Assembly (NCBI GenBank): GCA_965644295.1 | Contig: CBFFRP010000150.1 | Coordinates: 1 to 64,000 of the forward strand | Source of the DNA: Paraphysomonas bandaiensis | Taxonomy: Eukaryota > Protista > Chrysophyceae | DNA length: 64,000 nt | Reading direction: 5' to 3' | In this document: in pieces, positions 48,001-60,688 of the stretch | Position numbering within the stretch: the stretch's first letter is position 1 | Layout: every line of letters starts with the position of its first letter | Translations under genes and position numbers: made by a program | Notes under the pieces: generated by a model | The model's input: the letters and a program-made list of their open reading frames with translations, nothing else | Told to the model about the DNA's origin: nothing | The model's database searches: none

Positions 48001-49040
48001 TACTTGCGGAATTTGGTAGCCACTACGACTTCGCAAAGCAGTAGTTCGGAATTGTTGAAAGCCATGCCAGGGCGGCGATTAAGCTCCGTCCAATTCAGAG
48101 GGTCTATTAAAACAGAGGTAGAAAAACTTAGTATATGTATACGTCATAACGATGCGATGTGTGTGTACGTGTGTACTAATTGTACTGTACAGCCGCGGAT
48201 ATTCGGAGCTGCGGAGTGGGACGGGCAAGAAAACTATCCTAACTTTGCAATCTATGCTGCTGGACGAACTTTTGTGCCAGACGTTGTAGACAACATTTTG
48301 ACACAGGTGGATAGCCTTATTTGCGAATTATATTCACTGCGTTATCATATTATTTAACATGGTGGGACTAATTGTATGCGTACTCTAGAGCTTCTTCTCA
48401 TCGCTGACCTCGAATATCTGTGAGGCTCTTGTGTGCGGCCAGGAAGGACAGGGGATGTTTATAATATCACTGCCGAAGACGTTTACTTATAGATACTTTA
48501 GTGACGTGTATAGAGCATGCATCGCCCGTTATGTGAGTATTCCAACGTGCACGGTGTTGTTACGTATTGTATGAATTTACACATCAGTCCCGCTGACGAT
48601 TGAATTTGACGTACACTTATATTTGTCGATAGGTGTTGGTCCTTGGACTTTACCGTGCCGCCTCCGTAACTGAACAGTCGTATATGCCCTTCGTATACAC
48701 CTGCCCACCCCCTCGGACGGTATTGAACATGAACGATAAACTGTACGTGTATGGCACACCGCAAGATGTGAAAAACTGCGAACGGGTACTTTCATTGCCG
48801 TTTGGGAAAGTCGGAAATATGGTTACTCTTGGTACGTGAACCACCTATACACCGTAGTAAACTATGAATGCGTGCCAGACATTTGCGTGTGTTGGTGTAG
48901 GAGCTAATTATTTTGTAGGTTCTGACGAGTCCATAATGAAACGACGCAGAAGTGTGGCTACCCCTTCTTTCGTTAAAGCGAAGGGAGGTCGCCGGCCCTC
49001 TGATGACTCTGCGACTCAAGGCGATCGTAACGAACTGTAG
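45058..49040 (+). CDS. BK/Slo-type (Ca2+-activated) potassium channel alpha subunit; may start at 44944
   Basis: S1-S6 with S4 FRFIRILRLVRVLRTFR, filter TISTVGYGD, RCK1 HVVLCG..YLIGSALSVEDLQRA..CPGLSTLISNL, RCK2 HIIVFG, YAAGRTF, FVYTCPPPRTVLNMNDKLYV; the last exon ends DRNEL* at 49040. Confidence 0.92.
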
Positions 49041-49419
49041 GCAGTTACGTTGATCTGCGTTCTCTACAGCAGAGCGTGGTGTTATTCATTTTCTTCTGCA
49101 CAGTAATTCTCTATCTATGATAGTCACATTCTCAATGTTTATATTGAGCTCAAGTTTCTTTCTGTACACCTTTTGTTGACTTTGTTTTATCGATGGTATG
49201 CATCGAAAAAATTACGTGATTATGTCTGCTCTGTGTATATTTTTCCTAATCATATATTCAACCTTCCTCTTACTTCCCAGTGCTTTCGTATTTAAGGCTG
49301 AGACGTTGTAGGCTTAGTGATATTTAACATTGAATGGCTGTGCATAGCTACGTGTTAATGACATGTATACGTTGTGAAAGTAGGTTGGAACAGAGTTTTC
49401 ATGTTATATTGAAAGTCTC

Positions 49420-50298
49420 ATTACTAGCAATAGGCATTAAAAATCTTGATGAACAAGATAGTCAAGTTAGATGAGCATCTACCATTTACTAACTAGTGGA
49501 AACTCTTATATTCTACTATTTAACGCTACGAGAATTATATTGAAATTCTTATTATTAGCAATAGGCGTTAAAAACCTGCACCAACTTAGTAGCTAGATGA
49601 ATGCTAGACAAACGAGTTAGACCCCTACCTGTAACTAATCAGTACACACTTTTTTTATCCTACTATTTAACGCTATGGAAGCTGCTTGTGCGTCGCCGCA
49701 AGCATCAAGGTGCGACCACTTCCGCTCTGGGTTCTTAAGGTGAACATCTCGGACTCTTGACTTCAGCATGTTGAGTTTTGCTGTTTGTGAGCAATTAAAA
49801 GCTGTAGCTTCTAAGATACTTGAATTATATCCGTTACTCAAAGAATACAGTAGTAGCTAACTGTATTATGAGAACTGAGAATCAATATATATGATAGCCA
49901 TTGTAGTGATGAAACTGAAATATACTGACTGTACAAGTTAGTGACGATTGATGTAAGATCGTACTAGAAATGGTTGGTGAACGTCAATGAATGAAGTATG
50001 GTATATCTTATAATTATATAATATTCTATATAAATGTTTATCAAGGTCTTATTACTAAGAGAATGTCAATTTCTAACACAGCAGGCAGCCCAATGCCCCG
50101 GTTATCCTTCAGGTGGGCCCTGTCCCGGTTACACTTTTTGGTGTCCCTTCTTGTACCACACAAGCATTCGGCTATGAGTGGACAGAAGAATATCTGCTGT
50201 CTATGTTTGCGGCTCACGTTAGTTTCCCAGAGAGAATCTCTCCGGTACTTTTCCCCCAGAACACCACGAAAAGGTGCGAGTCCGACTTTGTTGAGGGA
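49420..50298. repeat. Dispersed repeat / TE relic homologous to 20581-20921, with an internal ~130-bp degenerate tandem duplication
   Basis: Shared blocks CAATAGGCGT, TATCCTACTATTTA, CACTTCCGCTCT..CTTAAGGTGAACA, GGCTATGAGTG, GCGGCTCACGTTA, AAAAGGTG.GAGTCCGACTTTGTTGAGGG. Confidence 0.75.
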
Positions 50299-50690
50299 CG
50301 CTTAAGACTACACATTCATTTTGTGCAACTTGCCCCACGGCAACCAGGGGAAGCAGCAATATACCTTAAAATGACTTTTAAGGCTACAAACACAATATAT
50401 TGCAATCAATATTACGATAGTTATATACAGAAAGATTCTTAACTGTATGGTGCAAAATATAAGTCCATGCATATATATAAATAACGGGAAAAATAAAAAA
50501 GTCCATTTCTTGCCATGTACTTGCCCCGAATAATATTTCTTTACTAAATGTAGTTCAAATGAAATTGGTTCTGCAATATACAATGATTGTTCAATATATA
50601 TCTACACGACAATAAGCCACCGAAAAAGCTTTGAAGAGTGCACTATAATAACAGGAATAGCTCAAAAAGTTATTATTTGGTATCAAAATT

Positions 50691-50757
50691 AAAAGCAATA
50701 GCTCTACCCAAAGCAATAATTTATAAAAGCAATAGCTCTACCCAAAGCAATAATTTA
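50691..50757. repeat. 34-bp tandem duplication
   Basis: AAAAGCAATAGCTCTACCCAAAGCAATAATTTA occurs twice. Confidence 0.9.
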
Positions 50758-50917
50758 CAAAAATGCGATCACCTGAAATGCACGATAAATTTCAAAACAA
50801 ATAAAAATGTGACAGGCGACGAACTTTCAATATCTAGCAACTATACTAGTCACATATATCGTTGTAGTGGCCATGCGTAGAACTAACCACTAACACCCGG
50901 TATGAAACCATGAATAT

Positions 50918-52579
50918 CTACACTATCGAAATCCCACCGGGTAATTGGTTCTGGTATTGTACATCCCATTCGTCAAAACCAGTGGTTCTCTCCACTTTCC
51001 AGTTCCATGCATACCAGCCAAAGGAGTGAGCAAAGGATTTCAAGCATGCATCAACAAAAGGCTGACCTGCCTGTACAACAGTCCCAGTGCTCATTGTCCA
51101 CTCCCCAATGATAATAGGATGGTCAGCGGAGTATGAGTCGATCAACGACGCCCAATTCTCTGCATCTCTAATGTGCTCATCGGCAGTCTCGGATGTGTAT
51201 GGCTCCTGCCAATTGTACAAGTGCCAATCTACTACGACGTTATAGTAATCTGGTTCCACTAAACTGTCCTTCCAAGCACTATAGAACTCTTCGTATAGTT
51301 CATTGAATACCACCAAAGCAGTATCACTGTACTGACGGATTATTCCATAACTTTCAGAATAGAATTTTAAGAGCAAATCATGATCAGTGCGTTCTATCGA
51401 TTCAGATGGCTCGTTTAATAATTCAAACCCCAACAAGTTGGATCTCGACCCATACCTTATCGCCATGGCCTTAATTGCATCGAGAGTAAGATTCACATTT
51501 CGTTCATTGGTCCATTCCGGCGACATTGCGCAGCCCGAATGGTCAATACCATTCTGACTTCCAGGTGCGCCATGAAGATCTAAAAGGACAGAGAGTCCAT
51601 TTTCCGCTGCAGAATCAAACAACCAGTCGATGTACTGCAGACTTACTCTATAGTCCCGGGGTGCGTATCTCTCGTATGGGTCCTCGATCAGATTCCAGTA
51701 CCCTACAGGGACGCGGATTGAATTGAACCCCATCTCAGCAATCTCTGTGATGCTATCAGCAGTTATCCAATTCTCAAATGTTTCTTTCATGCGTTCTTCG
51801 GCTAAACTTGCGTTTAATTTGACCATGGTACAGAGCGAACCCCCCCAGCCGAGCCCAGTGTCTCGAAAGAAAGAGGGAGTCATCCAAACTTCTGGTATAA
51901 ACAACCCACCAAGGTTGACGCCACGAATCTCATCAACCACTTCGGCAGTGAAACTACCTTTTAGACTCTTATCAGAAATTGAAACTAACACATACCCATC
52001 CCTGCCAACTAGAGGTGCTAGGGCGAGCCACCGATTACGGTCGTCACTATGCTTCGCTGGATGTATTCTAAGCCCAAGCCCGTTTTCTGTGTGTGGCAGC
52101 CGAAACACATCAAAACAAGTTGCAGAATCGTAATCCTCCCCTGATGCAGAGAATGTTGATAGTTCTTGCTCCACTGCTACCACCCACTTGCCTGTGGACA
52201 CAGATCGTAAGGCCCAACAATCACTTCCCCTCAAATGAATAACAAAAGTCGATCCAGATAACCATGGAATGTTTTCTGTTGCAACTAAAAGTCCATTCGA
52301 TAATTTATCAGTTCTTATATAATAATTATCATATGATTTCAACTGTACGTACAGACCGGATTTAATAGTATTAGTATGTAATTTACTATATGAGTGAGAA
52401 CTAATTAATACAAACAATGCAGTAACTACCCCAATCAGTCCAATGATAGTTATAAGTATTAAACAATAGTTCTTTGTTGTTGTTTTCTTTGTATGATTTG
52501 ATTGTATAGAAGTATGTGTTAATAATGATGTATGTTCATTAGGATGAGTTGAAATGGAATCTGAATGATTGTATGACAT
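50918..52579 (-). CDS. GH5 exo-beta-1,3-glucanase-like protein, type II membrane anchor plus fascin-like domain, intronless
   Basis: IRGVNLGGLFIPEVWMTPS, GFNSIRVPVGYW, LLDLHGAPGSQNGIDHSG, ELLNEP (acid/base), IIGEW (nucleophile), GWYAWNWK; single N-terminal TM helix. Confidence 0.92.
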   Translation of the reverse strand: MSYNHSDSISTHPNEHTSLLTHTSIQSNHTKKTTTKNYCLILITIIGLIGVVTALFVLISSHSYSKLHTNTIKSGLYVQLKSYDNYYIRTDKLSNGLLVATENIPWLSGSTFVIHLRGSDCWALRSVSTGKWVVAVEQELSTFSASGEDYDSATCFDVFRLPHTENGLGLRIHPAKHSDDRNRWLALAPLVGRDGYVLVSISDKSLKGSFTAEVVDEIRGVNLGGLFIPEVWMTPSFFRDTGLGWGGSLCTMVKLNASLAEERMKETFENWITADSITEIAEMGFNSIRVPVGYWNLIEDPYERYAPRDYRVSLQYIDWLFDSAAENGLSVLLDLHGAPGSQNGIDHSGCAMSPEWTNERNVNLTLDAIKAMAIRYGSRSNLLGFELLNEPSESIERTDHDLLLKFYSESYGIIRQYSDTALVVFNELYEEFYSAWKDSLVEPDYYNVVVDWHLYNWQEPYTSETADEHIRDAENWASLIDSYSADHPIIIGEWTMSTGTVVQAGQPFVDACLKSFAHSFGWYAWNWKVERTTGFDEWDVQYQNQLPGGISIV

Positions 52580-53346
52580 GATAGAATAATAGAAAGAAAT
52601 GAATTAATGATAGATATATGACATGGATTGTTATATATATATATATTGGGGTTAATGAGTGTATGTATTGACAGACTGCTTGCTTCATATGTATGTATAT
52701 ATAAGAGGGAGGGTATGGACATACGCTGTATAGAAGAGCATAGTTTTAGCATAAAAACTAAGATATCAAGAATTGCGAAACTTAAAATACCGTATTTTTT
52801 GAAAACAGTGGCAAGAAACTGTATATTTTTCCCTATATTGCATTTGCGGTGTGTAGAATAGAGACTACATAGCCGTCCGTTCATACGGATCATATTGAAA
52901 CAATACGGATACACTTCCAATAATATGTAGCCCGTTTATATCTTCCGTTATTCACTTGTAATATCACCACAATGTAACCTATAGAAAACTACGTATACTC
53001 GCTTATGTATGAAAATATACGTTAGTAGGGTTGTATATATACAATCCAGAGTACATATATACATACATCCATCTATACATCCATCTCTACATATATGAGT
53101 GTTATGAGATGCATGCTTCCAGTTACATTCAATTCCACCACATTCATATAAGATAAACAATGCATTTAATAACTTCCATACATTAATCTTCTTCAAGATA
53201 ATTTGTAGGTTGTTTAAAGCATCTAGATATATATATAAATACCCAGTTTTTATATTCTAATTCATACAAAAATTAGAAAAATATGTTTACAAAACTATCA
53301 CTAATTTCATTAATATATACATATATATACATATAGAATTTGAATA

Positions 53347-56300
53347 ATGAAACAATCAAAAGTATCACAAATTGCACGTCGTAATTATATCAAACATAAA
53401 GATATTGATGAAAGTGATGATGAGGATGAAGAGAATTATGGGGAGGATGGATATAATATTGATCCATCTGCACATATGTGGAAACCAGTTGATTTTGGTC
53501 GTTATAGTAGTAAAAAGAATATAACAACATCAACAAATAGTTTTAAATCAAATGATTCGGATTCTAAACTTCCATCAGCATTAACACCAAATGGTAAAAT
53601 ATCTCCTAATAAAACATCAAAACGAGATAATAAAGATCGAAAAGGGGAATTATCTGCGACTGAATTACCTGCTATTGCAAGTATGAATCTTAAACCTGCA
53701 TCAGAGAGTGTTATGGCTGCAAAGAAGAAGTCTTATCATCGATTAACTCACGATCCTCCTGTAGAAGACACAACTTCAACAAAAGTACAAGCTGTAGAAT
53801 CTAGTGCTATGAGCCCATCTCAGAGCCGAGCAGCAGAGCTAGAGAGAGAACGAATTGCAAAAGAGCGTCAAGAACTGAAGAGAATGTTGGATGCAGTGAA
53901 TCGGGAAAAGCGAGAATTACTGAAGTTGAATGATGAGCATGAACGGAAGGTTTCAGTGGCTGCGGCAGAGGCGGAGAAAACTACCTCTGAAGTACAGAAC
54001 GCCAATGCTGCTCTTGCTGCCGAGCGGGAAGAGATGAAACGCATGATGGATGCAATACAGCGTGAAAAGAAGGAAATAATGCATCTAACTGCAAAGCGCG
54101 CTCGTGAAAAGAGCATGGAGTCAGAGCTGGCCGCCAAAGAACGGGAAGACCTTCGTGTCATGCTAGAGACTCTTCGCTCCCAAAATGAAATGCTTATGAA
54201 TCAGATGAAAACCTCTGAGGCTGCAGCTCGGATGGAAATAGAGGAGGAACGAAAACAGCGTGTATCTGAAGTAAATGCGATCGAGGAGAAGAATAAGCTA
54301 CTTACCCAACAGGTACTGGAGAAGCAGGCAGAGGCAGAGCGGAAGCTGGCGCAGGAACGGGATGAGCTCAAGGCAGCCCTGAAGCGTATGGAGCGAGAGA
54401 AGTTTGATTTATCTCAAAAAGTGTATGACACTGAGGCGCGAGCTAAAGCAGACGCGGCGGCGGTTTCTGCGCAACGCAAGGAGTATGAGGAGAAGTTAAA
54501 AGCAATGGAAGCAGAAAAGCAGGCGGTATACCGCCAGGTGGAGGAAAATGAGGCCGCAGCGAAGATGGCCACAGAGGCTGTCGCAGGCCAACTTGCAAAG
54601 GAGAAAGCTGAACTGGAGAGTAAGCTGGTGGCTATGGAGCGGGACAAAGAAATTATGTCTACAACTCTTCTTGAGCGAGAACAGGAAGCAAAGAGACAAG
54701 CCGAGGAGTTAGCCTTACGGCTGGCTGAAGAGAAGAAGGCACTTCTAGAGAGTAGTGAGCGTATGGAAGCAGAGAAGGTGGAACTCGCAAAAACTCTAAC
54801 CGAGGCAGAAAAGCAGGCTAAAGAACAGGCTAAAGTTGTCTCAGAGCAGTTAAAAAAAGAAAAGGAAGAACTTGATGCCACGAAGCTGAGGATGCAGCGC
54901 GAGAAGGAAGAGCTAGAGAAAAAATTAGCAGAAAACGAGAAACAAAGTGCAGAGGCAAGCATGGCTAAATCTGAGGAGCTTAGCGAAGAGCGGCAGAGAC
55001 TACAGCAACAATTAGAATTGATGCGCCGCGAGAAGGAGGAGATGGAGGCACGCATGAAGGAGGCCGCTGATCAGGCACTGGAGCGGGAGAAGGCTGCTAA
55101 TGACAGGATAGCGAAAGAGAGAGATGAACTCAGGGAGGCGGTTGAGCGTATGAAAACCGAAATGGAGATGGAACGTAAGCGGATGGAAGAGGAAAGAGCG
55201 TTAGAAGGAAAGAGTGAATCAAATTCTAAGTCGAAACTAAATTTGAAACCGACGTCGTCATTATATGATATGATGGAATCACAAGGGGAAGAACCGAAAA
55301 AACCTCAAGAAACTAGAAACAATCGATCTCACGCTATTTTGACAATTGCTGAATGTGAGGAGGAAATGCGAGGTGGAGGGAGCTACGACACTGAAGAAGT
55401 AACCTTTGTCTCTGACCCTGTTTCAGCCGACCCGGAAGTTCCATCAGAAGATTTCGGTCCTGGGGTGGAGGAGGTACAGGAGGAAGGCGACGACAGCGAA
55501 GAAGAAGAGGACGATTTTGTAGATTTGCCGGCGCCTCACGCTGCTGCCGCTCGGGGAGATCTGGAAAAGTTGCGAGAGTTGGCCCGAGTGGAGCCGTCGC
55601 TACTTGCTAGCTTTGACTCAGCCGGACGGTCACCACTCTTTTATGCCGTGGCCTACAACAACGCCTCTGCCACTAGTTATTTGATAGATGTTGCCCCCGA
55701 ATGTGTCCATCAGACAGATGCTCATGGCGATACACCACTTCATGCCGCTGCCTCCTCCGGGAGCGACGCATGTGTAAGCCTTCTCTTGGGCAGCATGACT
55801 GAGAGTGGATGCGACGGAGTAGATGCACGTAATAGCATGGGAATGACTCCAGTGCACTTAGCCCAAAATGCGGCCGTGCTGAATCTTCTCTACAGTGCTG
55901 GTGCTAATCTCACTGCAGTCGACAAAAACGACAGGAGTGGCCTCTTTGTTGCAGCTGCAATGAACCGAAAGGACTGTGTAGAGTACTTGTTAGATTGCCT
56001 TGATGGAGACGACGATGCTCTCTACATGATGGATTCGAGGGGAGATACTCCTCTACATGCAGCGGCATGCAACGGCGCAGAAGAATCGCTGCTACTGTTA
56101 TTACAGTGCGGCATATCTCCACTTATGACGAATAAGAAGGGGTTGAAGGCAATTGACTTAGCTCAGAAGAATAAGAAGAAAAAGTGCAGGGAAATATTAG
56201 CGCAGTACCACTTGCACTTCGCCACCACATCTGACTTTGACTCAGTACTATTTATAGCCGCATTGGAGGTATATAAACGATATGATGCACACAATAATGT

Positions 56301-57105
56301 CACTCTATGGTGTATTTTCAGGGTCATAAGAAAGTGCAAGATATGATGATGAGTGCACTGGAATCACAGAATGATGAGTGCTACAATATAATTAAGAGCA
56401 CTGGTGCCAGCAAGGAGGACCAGGTAGTTGAATTCTTTTCTAATTAATTACAAAGGAAGTTATGTACATTTGTACAGATGCGAGAACAAGCCCAGAAGAT
56501 GTTTTCACTCAATAACAAGAAGTCGCTTCGATTGAAAAAATGGGGCTCCTGGATAGCTTATGAGGATCAGAACTCTTCGAGTACATACTGGTATAATCAC
56601 AAGACTGGTGGTGGCCAATGGAACGTCCCTGATTCAGTAGCACCATTAATGACAGCCAAAGCATCTTTTGCCTCTCATTCAAGTAGGAGCGTCTTGGTAA
56701 GATGACGTGCACCTCTTGAACTCGTGACTAATTATGACACAGCAAATATCTTCCAAGGCTTCCATGAGGCTAAAGCGAGTCGGTGACTGGATTCAGTACT
56801 CAACGGAGTCTGGTCAAACTTTTTACTACAATGACAAGAACGGTGATTTCCAGTGGGTAAACCCTGAATCTGAGGCTGCTCCTGAGATGATGGAGCAAGC
56901 CGCAGAAGAGGAATGGGTCCCTTATAAAGATCCAGAGTCAGGGTGCATATTTTGGTATAACAAGAAGACAAATGTCTCTCAGTGGGAGTGTCCACTTGCA
57001 CCGGGTGAAGGGGCTGAGCACTTGGACAATCCTGACGAGTTTGGACACGCTTATGCCGACGAAGTAGTAGAAGTACATAGTGACGCGGATTTAGGAATAG
57101 ACTGA
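53347..57105 (+). CDS. Coiled-coil, ankyrin-repeat and three-WW-domain scaffold protein, 4 exons
   Basis: ~450-aa E/K/A-rich coiled coil; ankyrin motifs GRSPLFYA, GDTPLHAAA (x2) and GMTPVHLA; WW domains WIAYED..YWYNHKTGGGQWNVP, WIQYSTESGQTFYYNDKNGDFQWVNP and WVPYKDPESGCIFWYNKKTNVSQWECP. Confidence 0.88.
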
Positions 57106-58227
57106 CACCCAAGAACACTGATATGTCTGATAGAAGAAGTGTGTGTTTGTAAGGTGGTGCAGTTAGCACAACGGTTTGTGTTACACCTGAAGGCATCTAG
57201 TTGTTTTGTGATTTGTTGATTTGTGTATTTTCGGTGTTGTATATATTTACACGTAGTGAGATATAGTTATGCAGCAGTCATTCTTATGACGAATAATATG
57301 TTAACTAAGGAGTTAACACACGGCATTTTTAATGCATAATATATTCTTATTACTGTGGTGATTGAGAGGCCTGGATTATGAATAAAGCCTGCAGTTTTCA
57401 AAATTATTTGAAATGCTCCTAATTTGGAATCAAATAAAGTATACATTGTTTCTCTTAATGGGTTCTCTTCATCAAGTTTAGTCATGAACTGTACAATATA
57501 TATATTGACATTTTTCAATTGATGAAGTCGCTTGTAATAATACACTATAATAATATCGATTGGATAAAATGGGTCACCGATTGTTAATTAGCAAAGTTGA
57601 CTTCTTCTCGGATAGTAAGATGTGCTAATATAATAATATTGTAAAGAATAAAGATATGTATTTCACTCTTAACCTGTGTCTGACACAACCGTCTCCTATT
57701 TCATGAACATGAAAGCTGAAAGATTGATTGAAACACCACTTTGTATTCTTTGTATTAAAGTCGCAAACTTCTGTAGTCACTACAATTCGTAACACTAGAA
57801 TTCAATCTGATAATAAAATGCTGCTTTTATCTACTTTATTCGCCACGAATGGTTATAATTCAAGTAAACATAATTTCCACCATCCACCATTGGTAAGCTG
57901 AACATTCTTAACTTTACGGAAATGTCAACGCTTATGGTCAATACAAAGATAAGCCAGCTTCCTTTGCAATTTCTAATTCTGCTTATTACTATTATTTTCT
58001 GCCAAGAAAAGTCTAGATTATACAGAATAATATAGGTCCGATACTACATGAATGATTCATACAGGTGGAGAAGTACTCGCCGAAATGGCAAAAAGGTAGC
58101 AGAGGAACAACTAAGGTTATTGTCTGCATGCTTACACCACCCAGCCACATATAGGATACTAATCACCAACTGCAGTGTTACTTCCTGGGCATTTCGATTG
58201 ACACAAACACTATTCTCAACAAGTCCA

Positions 58228-60221
58228 TCAATAGTAAGCATCGGATTCGCTTGTCTGTTCTATCGGGTCGTCGTTCTCTGTTCTGGCAGCCTCCAGCTCA
58301 TCGGGATTGTAGGTTCCCTGCAGACTACTGTGCGTACTCGAGTCTCCATGGAACGACATTTCCGCTTCTGATTTCACCAGCGGTTTGCTCAAGTCATCTT
58401 TCGAAGACCCAGTTAGCAAGGGGTTTGACATATCATGGTCACCGACTTTCCCTTTACGCCCACTGTCATAGCCATATTTAAGGTATCACGAATGCAAATA
58501 AGTATACAATTATACTACTAACCTGCTGCTTTGAGATATGTCACGAGTTTTGCTATTTTTCATGCCCTCGAGAGACTTAACGTGGAACTTACTGTGTGCA
58601 TTTCCCTCTTCTCTATTAGATCGGGATTTCTCTTCCTCCAACTTTTGCTGTTCTTCTCTTGCCTGAGCGCGAGCGATCTCTGACACAATATGCTGCGCGG
58701 ACAGAACACCTACAAAACAATCACACACGTAATTTTAGAAACTGTTCTAATTCACCTTCCTTTCCAGCGTCCAGCATGTCAAATACCTTGGAAACTATAA
58801 TTACGTCCTTATCGTGAACCTTGTTCATCATGCATAGAACCATCAAAATAAACTCCCCCTTGTTAATCGAGTTAGACTTTTGACGCAGGTCAGGAATGCG
58901 TTCGAAGAAGTCATTGTTAAGGATTCCCCGCAGAGTTTCTTCAGATAATTCGCCACCAAACTGCGTCATTACTCTCAACTCATTCTGCTTGGACTTAACT
59001 ATGAGTGGGTATCTGATGAGGTCATTGATGCCACTGGCGAGAACAGCACAACCAACTATAGAGTAAACGATAGTAAACACTTTGCCAGAGTTGGTCTGTG
59101 GGACGACATCTCCAAATCCCACTGTTGTAATGGTAACCACAGCCCAGTAGAGGGCCTCTCCGAAATACCACTTTTCAATCTGCACACAATGTTACAAACA
59201 GCAATGCAATGCGGCCAAAATACACACCCCGAGCATGATTAAGCAACCGAATAAAACAATCCCAAACACCACGAGAAAATCCCGTTTAGCACGCTGCTCG
59301 ATGTCCTTGAGCTCTTCGTCGAACATCTCCACGTTCAGCTTTTGCATGGCAGCCAGCATCCGCTTCTCGGATGCCACCTGAGAGGGAGGCGTTGAAGTGG
59401 TAGACATCCCTCTGATGGCGGTAGAGATGTGGTCAAAACTCTGACGTAGACGCGAGAATGAGTCATTGCTTGCAATTGTACTGACACGATCAATCCCACC
59501 GGATGTTCCCTCAGGCTGAGGTGAGGAATCGTTTCTAAGGAATGAAATAAGACATACATAACCATTCGCTTCGTCTATACCTTGCAGTATCTGACACGTC
59601 TAAAAAGTCTAACACTTTTTGATAATTAGGATTTTCTTTAAAGTTTTTCATTTTCACTGCTGCTTTCTTCACTCGACGATTAATACTCTCTTGATGTCTC
59701 TCATACAGAATTTCAGTCACGGATCCGATAAATGCACTAATAATCAGTATCCCAAGTATGATATAAAAACTAGTAAAACTCCTCTGATAAGACGTGTTCG
59801 GAGTGAGGTCTCCATATCTATTCATAGCACAAATTATAAGATCAACTCATACATACACATATATATATACAACACAGACAATCAGCTCACTCATACACTC
59901 ACTCACTCACATACATACATACATACATACATACATACATACATACATACATACATACATACATACATACATACATACTCACCCAATGGTTAATACAGTT
60001 GTAACAGAGAAATAAAGTGAATCAAGTACTGAAAAGTTTTCATGTCCCGTATAATATCCAATTCCAATAATAAAATATAATAGAAATGCTATGAGTGAAC
60101 GTCTTCTATATTGTGTACTAAATGTTTGATTTAATGAATTTAATGTAAATAATTCTTGTACAGCTGCAGCACTTTCACTAACTCTTCTTTGTAATTCACG
60201 TGCACTATTATGTACGGACAT
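58228..60221 (-). CDS. Two-pore (TPK/K2P-like) potassium channel with C-terminal EF-hand-like motifs, ~6 exons
   Basis: DSLYFSVTTVLTIG/YGDLTP and EALYWAVVTITTVGFGDVVP; 4 TM helices; INKGEFILMVL and FDMLDAGKEG/VLS. Confidence 0.88.
59909..59978. repeat. (ACAT)n array in intron 1 of the two-pore channel
   Basis: Reads GTGAGTATGTATGT... on the sense strand directly from the donor site. Confidence 0.95.
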
Positions 60222-60427
60222 TGATAGAATGAGATTGTATATATGAGATGTGTGTTATGGTGAAGTAGTTAGTATGTGCTTTATAACTATCTAGAGGAAG
60301 CTAGCAGTTGGTTGATGCATGAGCGATGGATGTACTCGAGCTATGTATGTATGCTGCTGTATCTTACAACTGTAGAGTGGACCATACAGCACCAGAGTAC
60401 CACTAAAACACACAGCAACAGCTAATG

Positions 60428-60688
60428 GTATGTATGTATGTATGTATGTATGTATGTATGTATGTATGTATGTATGTATGTATGTATGTATGTATGTATG
60501 TATGTATGTATGTATGTATGTATGTATGTATGTATGTATGTATGTATGTATGTATGTATGTATGTATGTATGTATGTATGTATGTATGTATGTATGTATG
60601 TATGTATGTATGTATGTATGTATGTATGTATGTATGTATGTATGTATGTATGTATGTATGTATGTATGTATGTATGTATGTATGTATG
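60428..60688. repeat. (GTAT)n microsatellite in a divergent intergenic region
   Basis: Perfect tetranucleotide array. Confidence 0.99.

Noticed and set aside
53868-55055. Antisense Ser/Phe-rich ORFs
   Set aside because: Shadow ORFs of the coiled-coil coding strand.
57267-57545. 92-aa minus-strand ORF in a convergent gap
   Set aside because: AT-rich with no recognisable domain; it could be a relic but is unsupported.
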